The position numbers were made by a program, and so were the translations under genes. The notes under the pieces are model-generated. The model was not told the DNA's origin and made no database searches. It saw nothing but the letters and a program-made list of their open reading frames with translations. From Lophium mytilinum (taxonomy: Eukaryota): a stretch of DNA of 64,000 nucleotides. The stretch lies in assembly GCA_010093605.1 (NCBI GenBank), contig MU004185.1:1447334-1511333 (forward strand). The letters are read 5' to 3'. Positions 51,280-62,483 of the stretch are shown here, in pieces (the first letter of the stretch is position 1; each line of letters starts with the position of its first letter).

Positions 51280-52180
51280 ATGAAGTTCAGCACTACCCTT
51301 TTGAGCCTCGCTTCGGCAGCTCCCCTCGTTCTTGGGTTCTGTGACAATGAAGACTACGACCATGACATCCTCAACATCTCCCCGGAAGAAATGAAGCACA
51401 GTATGGCGAACATGCGCCGGGATACCATCGAGGTCGATCTGTACTACCATCTCCTCGTCACCCAGTGGTCCGACTCCAACAACACCATCCTCGACGGCCT
51501 CTGGAAGCAGATCGACCACATGAATGCCGCATATGGCATCTACGGCATTCACTTCAACACCCAGCCCGTCGACATTATCGTCGATGCGGCATGGGCCAAC
51601 GACATCGATCTCGACAAGGCTGGGAAGGGCGCGCTTCTCCACAAGGGCAACTATAACGCCGTAAACATCTATGCTGGAGAGGGTTTCGGCAGCGGCGTGT
51701 GCTCTCTGCCAAATGGCGTGGACAGCACCGACGGGACGTCGACAATTACTGAGGACACCCTCCTAGGCGATGGCTGCCATCTTCCCCTCAGTGCTGCGGT
51801 CAACCCAATCAGTGGAACTCCTTCCCACGAAGGTAAGTCAAACGAACCCCACCCAACCCTCTTATATCTCAAGCTTACTGATTCGTGATGTAGTCGGCCA
51901 CTGGTTCGGTCTCTACCACACCTTCCAAGGTGGCTGCTCCGAGCCTAACGACTATTGTGACGATACTCCCCAGCAGGCGCAGCCCTCGTACTCGCATGAG
52001 ACCATCACTGGGAACGTCGAGAGCTGCCCGGTGCTGGACACTTGCCCCGCCAATGCTGGCAACGACCCCGTCTGGAACTTCATGGACTACACCGACTGCT
52101 CGCATGAGTTCACGCCTCAACAGGGCGCTCGCATGAACACTGCCTTCAACAAGTACCGTGCCAACAGGCAGGTTGCGTAA
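51280..52180 (+). CDS. Secreted M43 (pappalysin/MEP1-like) zinc metalloprotease, 2 exons
   Basis: Signal peptide MKFSTTLLSLASAAPLVLG then FC. The zinc motif HEVGHWFGLYHTFQGGC is reconstituted across intron 51833-51893. Also D...DTP, Met-turn NFMDY and FTPQQ..RM. Confidence 0.9.
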
Positions 52181-53046
52181 GCTCCTTCAAAAGTAGGAAG
52201 GAGTATTGTCTTGTCCGTTTGAGCGGCTTTTTGTATATACTTCACGGGCGCGCTTGTTTCTTTGGTTATTTTGATGGGCATTTGGGAGCGGGGTATGTGG
52301 TATGAGTATATCATCAGTTCGTTCTACGTGTATATAGCTTCTCATGGGTATGAGCAGTCTCAATTGAACGGTTGCTCAACTAGCTTATCCTTGTGATCTC
52401 AATTGTGGTCATGTCCGTTTCGGAGCTCGGCACTCCCGAGGGTGTCGTAGGACTTGCAAACGAGTGAAGCGCTTACGATAGAGAGTAGTCAAGAGAAGAT
52501 TTGACCAAGGAGAGCGAAGATAGGAAACTAAACAGTCGACGAGGTGCTGTCTCATTTCCACGGTTGTTAAGTGCAATGAGAGAGTGAGAGCATGGCCACG
52601 TATAAGTAAGTGTACGAGTCATAAGCAGCATACGAGATAACCAAAGAACAAAACGTACCGGCTCTCCCTGGGTGGCGCAAGATCCCCCGTGCCGCAAGGA
52701 GAAGAATTTTTAGGCATCTCGCTCTCTCCCTTGCAATTCAAATAAGTTGTAATTAGTCTATTGTCATTCTTTGGACATCTCTCACTACGAAGCCAGTGCG
52801 CAGCTTAAAAAACCCTTCTTGATTATGCCGTTACCTATTCCATGTAGAGCATCTGGAGTGGCATTAGCTTCACACGCCTTGCTGTTCTTTAATCCGTATC
52901 AGATTAAATTGGTGTTGCGGAAGCTAGTAAGCTATGCTGTCATCTAGTCTTTCTTACCCAGTTATCTACCCGCGCGTTGTTATTCTCGTCCGTGTCCAGT
53001 AAATAAACAGCGCTAGAGCCGCTTACTGGCCTCGTCACTACTGCGC

Positions 53047-53988
53047 CTACCAACGCAAGTCCTTGAAATCCAGATTCTTGATGACTCCCGCAGCAGCAAA
53101 ACTCCTGTTGTCTGCAGTGACATTCGAAATATCTTGATTGATCCTCAATTCTTCTCCAGAAGTATTGATGAAACCCGCCAGAGCCGAACTATTCTGCGAT
53201 GCCTTGATACCCTTGATCTTCTGCCCTGTACGTTCATACACCATTTGTGACAGTGCTTCCTCGCACATGTCTCGCAAGACAGCTTTAGCAGCTTGTTGTC
53301 TCTCAATCTCTCGGAGAAGCTCTTGTTTGCTTCGCTCTGATTCGTCATCCGGCTCGGTGTTTCCACCAAGAGCGAGTTGTTCTCGACTTTGCTCAAGTTC
53401 CACCATTTCATTGTCTGCTCTAGTGAGCTCTTGCCGAAGACTGGCTTCATTTGCTCTCAGTATGCTGTCCTTCTGTTCTTTCGATAGGTCGTTTTGGTTG
53501 GTTGCTACTAGACTGCTTTTTGGTCAGCTATTGGCAGGCTAAACTTTCACCCAGAGTGAAACATACAGAGCCGCTGTGGACAGTGCGACACTGAGAGTGC
53601 TTTTGCAGTCGCTGAGCTGCCCTTTGAACGTCTTGATCCTCTCTGGCCCAAACAGCCCAATCTTCCATCGAGATATCCAGAATATCTTGTCCTTTTTGGA
53701 ATGCTTCATCCAGCTCTCGATTTGCAACTGAAATGCTTTGCATGCTCTGTCACAATTCTCGACAGCAGGCCCAATTTGGTTACTCTGGATGACTTGTAGG
53801 GAGTCGCCTTGTATTGCCACATTCAGATCCTGCAACACAGACTCAACTGCCCTGAGGTCGGCACTAATATCTCTGACAGTACCTGCGGCGCCTCTAATAT
53901 TGTCGATGGTCTTGGCGAGGAACTGAGTGCCTTGGAGAGCGGTAGTTGTAACTGCTATTACAGAGGCGGTAACACTGAGAGGGTCCAT
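53047..53988 (-). CDS. HeLo-like (HELL/SesA-type) putative cell-death effector with C-terminal two-repeat amyloid motif, 2 exons, 295 aa
   Basis: Exons 53988-53567 and 53512-53047. N-terminus MDPLSVTASVIAVTTTALQG...I..I..A...V..I..DL..V..VL, then V.NC..AC..F and L..CKSTLSVAL, typical of fungal HeLo-like N-terminal domains. C-terminal pseudo-repeats QKIKGIKASQNSSALAGFIN and QDISNVTADNRSFAAAGVIK. Confidence 0.85.
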
Positions 53989-54292
53989 TGCAATAAGGAG
54001 ATCACTTAAGAAAAGTTGAAGGTAAAGACCAAAGTAAGGAAAATATGGCTGTCCAAATAGGCAACGAGCTGATATTTGGGGGCTGTGCTTTGGCTGAGGC
54101 GAAGCTGAGGGGTTGTGGGCAGCCACTCATTGCGTGTGTCTTGGCGCGGCCTCGAGGCTGAGATTTTGCGTATGAACGTTGTCGCTCCAGCCTGACGATG
54201 CAATTGAGCATCTCTTATACACCTCGTGAAGATCACTGCGTTGCAGTAAGATTCCTCCGCGGAGCATTGCGTCGCACCGGGCCCTTGTCGCG

Positions 54293-57200
54293 ATGGCTAG
54301 CAGCTCTTTGCCCGACCACCTCGCTATCCACAACACGTCCGCAACAGAAGGCAGTCAGACCTTTGCTGGAATCAACCTTGGTACCATAGCTTATGCTCCC
54401 AGCGAGACCCCACTACGTAAGAACTTTAGCTCCAAAATCTTTTGTACTAACAGATTAATTGAAAGTATAGAACTCAACGATTTACTTCAGAAGACCCTAC
54501 CCGTTTCTGTCGACGCGTCGTTCAGCGCACGCAAGCGGGAGCGCGAACCAAAATGTCTCGCGGGAACCCGTACCGATCTCCTTAACGACATATACAATTG
54601 GGTGGATGGTGGCTCACAGAGCATCTTCTGGCTTTGTGGTCTGGCCGGCACGGGCAAGTCTACAATAGCTCAGACTGTGGCCGCCACCTACTCTACACAG
54701 AACACCCTCGGAGCTAGCTTCTTCTTCTCGCGGGGCGGCGGTGATGTTGGACATGCTGAAAGATTTGTTACAACCGTTGCATTTCAGCTTGCAAACATCA
54801 TACCGGGTCTGAAGCGCCAAGTCTGGGACGCTGTATCAGAGCGCAGCGATATCGCCACCCAGTCTCTCCGCGATCAGTGGCAGGACCTCGTACTCGGTCC
54901 TTTGTCTAACATTCCGATTGGAAAAGACTGCAAATCGAGATATGTCCTTGTCATTGATGCTCTCGATGAGTGTGAAGATCAGAGTGACATTCAGATCATT
55001 CTACAACTTCTAGCTGAAGTTCGGTCGCTAAAGGTTGTCCGGTTACGGGTGCTAGTGACGAGCAGACCTGACATTTCGGTCCGATACCCCCTTAACCAAA
55101 TAAACAGAGATGAGCACCAGGACTTTGCACTTCATGACATTGAGCGGTCGATTGTGGATCATGACATCACTATTTTTCTGAGAGTCAACCTCGGACGTAT
55201 CAGACAGAATAATGAGCTCCAGGCTGACTGGCCGGAGGAGAGTGCGATTTCAGCTTTAGTCCGGAGCTCCAATGGACTATTCATCTGGGCCGCGACAGCC
55301 TGTCGATTCATCGAACAAGACGGCCGGCTTGCACGGGACCGTTTATCTCTACTCTTACAAGAACCCAACAACACGACTGAACCAGCACGCAAGCTTGACG
55401 AAATATACACCACCGTTCTGACCAACACTGTCCGAGGAGAATATGACGAAGAAGAAACTCTGCGGTTGCGCGACCTATTTCGTCAGGTTGTTGGACCAAT
55501 CATCGTTTCTCCAGAGCCTCTATCCGTGTCAAGCCTTGTCGGTTTACTTGGAAAAGATGCCGAGGGTTTTAGACCAACTTTATCCAACTTGCATTCTGTT
55601 CTCCATGTGCCAGAGGCCGAGTCGACTACCGTTCAGTTGCTCCACCCATCATTCCGCGACTTTCTCCTTAGTAGGAAGCGATGCTCGAATCCTCAATTTT
55701 TCATTGACGAGAAATTGGTCCATCACGACATGTACAAGAACTGTCTTCGAGTCATGTCACGACACTTACGGCGCGACATTTGCAGCCTAGGACGTCCAGG
55801 AGCCGACAAAACTAGCCTGAGCAGAGGTGAAGTGGACGCACATATTCAACCACATGTTCAGTATGCATGCCGGTTCTGGGTTCATCATTACATACGAAGC
55901 GATGTAGACACTGAAGACCATAACAAGCTTGAAAGCTTCTTCCGAATACACTTTCTACATTGGCTTGAAGCGCTAGCACTATTAGGATGTGCCTCTGACG
56001 CTGTAGGCATGATTCATATGCTGAATTCCGGATTCTCAGTAAGAAACTTTAGTTCCACAATACCCCTTAATTAGCTAACCTATCAGGGCAAGCGAGAGAA
56101 GCTACTTCGGATACCAACCAGAATTCGTGGCAAGCTTAAATCGATGTTTGCATTCAGCGATGCACCTACAATCGATACAAATCCGGAAGATCCCAAGAAT
56201 GTAGCACAGCCAAAATTACAGGCGCTGATACATGATGCGGTACGATTTATTCTCACGTTCCGACCCGTCATGGACGTGGCACCGCTTCAAGTGTATTGCG
56301 CTGGTCTGGTTTTCAGCCCAACTGCGAGCATCATCAAGAAGAATTTCTCAAATGAATTTCCCGCCTGGCTTCCGCGCACGCCTATGGTGTCAGAAAACTG
56401 GACTCCCTGTTTGCAGACGCTCAGGAGACTTACTCGCTTCAACCATATGGCATTCTATGTCGCCTGCTCGCCGGACGGCAAGACGCTGGCGTCAGCGTGG
56501 GATAGCAAGACATTCAAGCTGTGGGACGCTGGCTCGGGAAAGGCGCTTCTAACGCTTGAACACGATTCGCGTTATGTTCATGACGCGACCTTCTCGCCGG
56601 ACAGCAAGACGCTGGCGACCATAGGGGACAAGACGGTTAGGCTGTGGGACACCGGTTCGGGGAAGGCGCTCCTAACGCTTGAACACGATTCAGATAAGTC
56701 TCATGTCGCGACATTCTCGCCGGACAGCAAGACGCTGGCGTTGACAGACAACAAGACGGTCAAGCTATGGGACATTAGCTCGGGGAAGGCGCTGCTAACG
56801 CTTAAAGGCTATTTAAATTTGATTTCAGCTTTAACCTTCTCGCCGGACGGCAAGACGATAGCGTCGGCATCAAAAGGAACGGTCACGGTGTGGGACACCC
56901 GCTCCGGGAAGGCACTGCAGACGTGCAACCACGCTCACTGGGTCCGCGCCATAACCTTCTCGCCGGATGGCAAGACGATGGCGTCAGCAGAAGACACGGA
57001 AATAGTCGAGTTATGGGATATTAGCTTAGGGAAGACGCTGCGGTCGCTCAACGGCTTTTATGGAGTAGCCTTCTCGCCGAATAGCAAGACGATAGCGTTG
57101 AGATCAATGGACGAGACAATTGAGCTGCGGGACGTCGGTTCAGGAAAGACGCTGTCAACACTCAAAGGCCATTCGGAAGTCGTCTGTGCCGTGGCCTTTT

Positions 57201-58216
57201 CGCCGGATGGTCAGACGCTGGCATCGGCATCGGATGACAAGACAGTCAAGCTATGGGAAGCTGGCTCAGGAAAGGTGCTGCAAACATTCAAAGGCCATCT
57301 GCGTGCACTCAAGACCGTGGCCTTCTCACCAGATGGCGAGACGCTAGTATCGGCGTCAAATGACAACACAGTCAAGGTATGGGACGCTGGCTTCAGGGAG
57401 GGACTGCGAACTATCAAAGCCCATTCGGGTCCGGTCAGGGCCGTGGCTTTTTCTCTGGATAATAAGATGGTGGCGACGGCGGCATCGGATGATAAGACAA
57501 TTAAGCTATGGGATACCACCGGCTCGGGGAAGGCGCTGCAGACACTTAAAGGCCATTCTGGTCTGGTCAGGGGCGTGGCCTTTTCACCGGATAACAAGAT
57601 GCTAGCGTCGGCATCGGATGATAAGACGGTCAAGCTGTGGGACGCCACCGGCTCGGGGCAGGCGCCACGGACGCTCAAGGGCGATTGGGGTATGGTTAGG
57701 GCCGTGGCCTTCTCGTCGGATGGTAAGACGCTGGCATCGGCATCTGTTGGGACAGTTGCACTGTGGGGTACCGGTCCGTGGAAGGCGCTGCAGCAGCTTA
57801 GAACAGATGAAATCCTTATCGAGCACGTGGCCTTGGCCTTCTCACCGGACGGCAAGACGCTGGCGTGGGCAATGGGCAGGACAGTCAGACTGTGGGACAT
57901 CGTTTCAAAGACGGTGCTGCGGGAATTTGAAGCTAGTTACGATCTGCAAAGTCTTTCGTTCCTTGATACAGGTTTCTCTCTTTTGACAGATAGAGAAGTG
58001 CTACTTCTCTCAGATGCTCCTGATGAAAACGAAGTCATTCATCAACCAGCTCCTCCGCAATCAATGTCTGTACATGAAGATTGGACGTATTCTAATGGTG
58101 AAAGAATTCTTTGGCTTCCTTCCGAATATCGCCCTCAGTTCGTCGCTATTCATGGTAGTATTGTTGTATTTGGGTACTCTTCTGGTCAAGTGTTAATTGC
58201 AAACTTTGTCTTCTGA
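54293..58216 (+). CDS. Fungal NLR (STAND), NACHT-WD40 (NWD) type, with short N-terminal amyloid motif and no effector domain, about 1273 aa
   Basis: Exons 54293-54416, 54471-56038 and 56087-58216. CLAGTR..LL..I..W, Walker A GLAGTGKST, LGASFFFSR, Walker B LVIDALDEC, LVTSRP, GLFIWAATACRFI, LLHPSFRDFL, YACRFW..H, FLHWLEAL.LLG, APLQVY, then a WD40 array. Confidence 0.92.
56460..57990 (+). repeat. WD40 repeat array of about 126-bp units (12 clear plus 1 degenerate) in the NLR
   Basis: Recurring (F)SPD(G/S/N)KTLAS...DKTVKLWD.GSGKAL.TL.(G)H. At DNA level ttctcgccggac.gcaagacgctggcg recurs. Confidence 0.9.
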
Positions 58217-58961
58217 TATTACTTAACCTGTCCGTCCACAAACATGTAAATAATGTTTCTTTAGACTCTTAGCGTATGTAGTGATAGCCTAGAAATCATG
58301 CATGATTATATCTCTGGAGACTTTCAAAGCAAAGCACAAATTAATGGGCCTTTTAAGAAATAGGGTTCTAAGATTTATCTGATACATCACGTACACGGTC
58401 TACGGTTCCTTGTTCCGTAATATTTTGCGTGTAATAGCAGCTCTAAGGCGAACAACAGCTTCCTATTATAGTAGTAAGGTTCTCAGGCGTAAATAGGGCC
58501 CTTTTGTAGGGACAAGAAGTAGTAAAGGGTCAAAATAGTGCTGAATGAAAGAAATCATATGACGCTGTAGAGACGAGGCTCTCCGCAGATTAGGCGCGAT
58601 AACTTAACTGTGATTTTCTTGGAGGAGCTATTCTAAGTACTTAGAAGTAGCTATAGTACACCTCTGATATAGGACTATTAAGAATATTAATATATAATAG
58701 AAATTAAGATGTTTAAAGTTAATATACGCCTTATATTTTACGGTGACCGTACAGTGGGTTTTGCGCCACCTAGGTACGGACGTTAGGACATACGATACTC
58801 CAACCATGAGGGTATTTTTGCTAACGGAAAAGATAACATAAAGATAGTAAACCTGAGCAGCATCTCAAACCTACCTCGCTATATAAAACCGCTAAAAGAG
58901 AAGAGGCAGTGAACGCCTGCTACCAGCCTACCCTTAACATTGAAAGGCACTTACTCGCCTC

Positions 58962-59936
58962 TTATACAAAAGTCACTTTGACCGGCCTGCCATCATTCTC
59001 ACTTCGCCGTCGTTTTACCGGTGATCCACTTCGACTTCTTACCCGTGACCCACCTCGACGCGTCCGCTTCACCACACCCTTCGGAGACAAACTTCTCCTC
59101 CTCTCGACAACCCGCGTTGGAAACCTCTTACTCATGCAATTCTTACTCCAACACCGACACCCATACCCAGCCTGCTTAAAATACCCCTCCCCATAATCCG
59201 CCGTAACCTCCGCACCAGCCTCAATCGTCCTCGTCGCCTCTATCACCATCGCAATCTGCTTCCCGACCCTAAAGTACTCATAATGCGTGTTAGCATCACA
59301 GTTATGGTTGATAAACCGCGTCCAATTCCCCTTACTCTCCGCGTCAATCATCGCCTTTGGCCACGTCATATCATGCCGATTTTTCGCGCGCTTCGATGCT
59401 CGCTTTCCAATCGGGATATTCAGGCAATACGCCAGCGACTTCTGCTCATCAGGCACCGGGATCACGCGCCCGGTGTACGCACCCAGTATCTGGCCCCTCT
59501 TCCACTTCGTTTTGGTGAAGGCGGCCACGCCTAGCGGTGTGTCGCGGAGTTCGAAGCGCGATGTCCAGTCGAGGCCGCCGGATAGCCACTCTTGGAACTT
59601 GTGGCCGCAGTTGAGGTTGCCGCGGCCTGCGGAGCACATGTTGTCGTCCCATAGGGATCGGCCGAGACAGTGCAGGTCTTTGCCGTTGTCAGCGGCTAGG
59701 AGCGTTACGAGGCTCTTCGGGGGCCACTTGCCTGCGGGCCAGCCTGCGGGCGGTTCGGCTTTGGGTGGCCATGGTGCTTTTTTCCACTCTGTTTTGGCGA
59801 ACTCGAGGCCGTCGAAGCGGCGGGGTGTGATGGTTGTTCCGTTGGAGGGGGCGTTGCGGACGGTGGCTTTGGTTCCGGCGGATTTTTCGACCCAGTATTC
59901 GAATGTGTCGTTTCTGAGGCCGCCGCGTGCTGGCAT
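58962..59936 (-). CDS. SET-domain lysine methyltransferase-like protein, paralog A, intronless, 324 aa
   Basis: FELRDTPLGVAAFT, ILGAYTGRV, IDAESKGNWTRFINHNCDAN, I.ATRTIEAGAEVTADYG..YF, post-SET CRCWSKNC, Arg/Ser-rich basic tail. Confidence 0.88.
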   Translation of the reverse strand: MPARGGLRNDTFEYWVEKSAGTKATVRNAPSNGTTITPRRFDGLEFAKTEWKKAPWPPKAEPPAGWPAGKWPPKSLVTLLAADNGKDLHCLGRSLWDDNMCSAGRGNLNCGHKFQEWLSGGLDWTSRFELRDTPLGVAAFTKTKWKRGQILGAYTGRVIPVPDEQKSLAYCLNIPIGKRASKRAKNRHDMTWPKAMIDAESKGNWTRFINHNCDANTHYEYFRVGKQIAMVIEATRTIEAGAEVTADYGEGYFKQAGYGCRCWSKNCMSKRFPTRVVERRRSLSPKGVVKRTRRGGSRVRSRSGSPVKRRRSENDGRPVKVTFV

Positions 59937-60559
59937 TGTGAGTTAGGTTGGAGCGAAGATGCCACTTACACTTGATTGTTCTTGAAAGCTTTCTGGGATC
60001 TGAGGTATGCGAGAATTCAGGGAGCTTTGCAGTTCAGCATGATTCCGAAGGATGATTGTATCATTGACCACCGATCTGTAAGGCGAGAACAATGGTCTTT
60101 GTCGAGAGTCAGCCATCAAGAGGAGTTCTTGCTGGACATTGACATTTGACAACAGAACAAAGCGAAGTAGGACAATAGAACAAGGGAGTACTACCAAGAA
60201 CAAAGAAAACATTCGATACCTGGTCGTCCAGGAAAAGCAACAGTAAAGCGCCGGAGTTGTGATAGAGAAGTCAGGGTAACCAAAAAAGGCAAGAGGCGCC
60301 GAAAAGCTAAGCATATTGTAGTGAGTCTAGCAGGCTGTGGAAATGTGAAGACAGTATTGATATGATGCACAAATTTCTAATCGGCGAAGTTGAAGATGAC
60401 TTTCAACGCATCATACCGAATAAGACTCCACCTTGTCCCGTTATAGCAGAGACTCAAACGATCTAAATACCTAGCGGAGGAAGATTTCATACTGAATGAA
60501 TATTAGGTTATCTCAGGTATCGAGTGTAACATATTTATCTCATAGCTTACCTTCAGATC

Positions 60560-61516
60560 TCACCGCCGCCGTCGCGTAGCCGCCTTAGCTACCCTGGATA
60601 CTGCCTTAGCTGCTTTCGCATCTGCGGCGGCCTTGATTACCTTATGCTTTGCTCTATCTTTGCAGTCTTTATGGCCGCAAAGACAAAGGGTCCCCATAGC
60701 GTCGAGGTATTCCTTGCCGTATGCCACAGTAATTTCAGCCCCTACTGGTATCCTTTTCTTAGCTTGGACTACCATTACAAGGTGGTTGCCCACCCTTCTA
60801 GGCACAAACTTAGCGTTCGAATTACAGGAATGATTGGCAAAACGAGTCCAGTTCCCGAACCACTCCGCATCAATATCGGCCTTAGGCCAAGCAGCACTAT
60901 GCCGTACTTGCAACCTTGGGGGCTTCGGACCGATTGCCATTTTCACAATATATTTTGATCCACCGTCCGCTCTGGTAGCAGCCTCACGATCGGAAAATTG
61001 TGGCGGAACAACTGTGCCGGTGTAGCATCCGAGTATATCGTTATTTTCCCAGCGCACTTTGGTCCAGACTCCGATACCTGCTATGGGTGATTCCCTTAAT
61101 TCAAACCGAGACTCCCAATCTATGCCGCCTTGTATCCATTCCCAGAAGGTGTGACGGCAATTCTGGACATCTCCGCAGTCTATCCGCTGCCAGAGTAACG
61201 GGCCAATGCACAGGGGCCGGCTGGGATCACCTTCTGGCGTATCAGCTACGAGAAGATCCGCTACAGTGTTGGGGGGCCATGTTGAGGTTGCACCTGGTGG
61301 GGTTACCGGCCAATTGGTTGGTCTGTTGGCCCTCCATTCTGCTTTCTTAAATCTATAGTAATCCATCTGTGCAGGTGCTTTGGTTGTGGCAGCTTTCTTT
61401 TTGGTTGTCGCACCTTTCTTTTTGGTTGTTTTGACTACCTTCGCAGTTGGAGTGACCGGAAAAGAAGCCTTGGGGTCGTCACCCTTGTGCCATATGACCC
61501 TATTGCCACTCGACAT
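60560..61516 (-). CDS. SET-domain lysine methyltransferase-like protein, paralog B, intronless, 318 aa
   Basis: FELRESPIAGIGVWT, ILGCYTGTV, IDAEWFGNWTRFANHSCNSN, V.AKKRIPVGAEITVAYGKEY, post-SET CLCGHKDC, Lys/Ala-rich ends. Confidence 0.88.
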   Translation of the reverse strand: MSSGNRVIWHKGDDPKASFPVTPTAKVVKTTKKKGATTKKKAATTKAPAQMDYYRFKKAEWRANRPTNWPVTPPGATSTWPPNTVADLLVADTPEGDPSRPLCIGPLLWQRIDCGDVQNCRHTFWEWIQGGIDWESRFELRESPIAGIGVWTKVRWENNDILGCYTGTVVPPQFSDREAATRADGGSKYIVKMAIGPKPPRLQVRHSAAWPKADIDAEWFGNWTRFANHSCNSNAKFVPRRVGNHLVMVVQAKKRIPVGAEITVAYGKEYLDAMGTLCLCGHKDCKDRAKHKVIKAAADAKAAKAVSRVAKAATRRRR

Positions 61517-62483
61517 TGTGGTGTGTTTGATTTTTTTCTAGGCCAGATCGGTGGTGATAATAATGATGGTCGAAAATAAGGACTCCAAGTCAGACTTCGA
61601 AGGGGAATTGTACCGTTCATCAGCGATGAAGTGAGGAGTATATACGGAGTACTATTCTCTTTGTCCTGGCCAACAATGGATTCTTGCCAGACTTGAAAGA
61701 GACCCGACGCCTGACAATAAAACAAAGCGAGACATGACCACGGAACAATAAGAAGGCGGCCAAGGAGAAAAATCTCGTAGACGCCTCGCTTTTGCTGCCA
61801 ATAATAGCATTGAGAGGTGTCAAAGTTGCGGCGGAGAGGGTGGGTTATACCAGCCGTTTCTCATAGCCAAAACCCTGAGATCTGTCAAGCTCCGCTACAC
61901 GGAGAAGCTCATAATAGCATGTCGTGCGCGAAGATAGTTCCTTGTGTAAGCAATATTTGGTAACTAGTTTGTCGCGGAGGGTTGATTTCTGATGGAGACA
62001 TGATATTGAAGGCCCAACGCGAGCGAGGAAAGGCCTCATCCTGTCGTTCAGAACGCGCTCTTTTGTGATGGCCATGAAGGATGCTATTCAGCACTACGTT
62101 AGCAGTAAGGCTGCACATAGTTCGTGATGGTGGTGTGCCAGGAGTAGGTAGGACTTCCTGGTCGTTGATTTTGGATGAAAGGTGGTCAAAGCTTGACCCA
62201 CCTTTGCCGCAAGGGATTCTTCCTCCTGAGGTCTTCGTTGGGTCGATCAATCCTTTGCCCCTCTGCGCAATAGGCAACATATAAATGCTACTCTCAAAAG
62301 TGGGAGGTTCAGTTATCCAACGCTGTGGGCTTAGCTTTATGTAAAGCAAATTTAAGATACTCTCTCTACTGCTTTCGCCTGCTCTATTCTAAGCTGACTA
62401 TCTCACACCTGGAGGCGATACGTGCAGAGTCTGCTACTCTTACTGTCTACGTTGATTGTTTTTAGTCCTGCAGGAATGTCAAT

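Noticed and set aside
56460..57990. Regularly spaced repeats considered as a CRISPR-like array
   Set aside because: They are in-frame WD40 coding repeats in a eukaryotic gene, with no unique spacers and no cas genes.
61845..62349. 146-aa and 76-aa minus-strand ORFs between SET paralog B and the kinase
   Set aside because: TTG start for the longer ORF, no domain signature, and it lies in a divergent promoter region.
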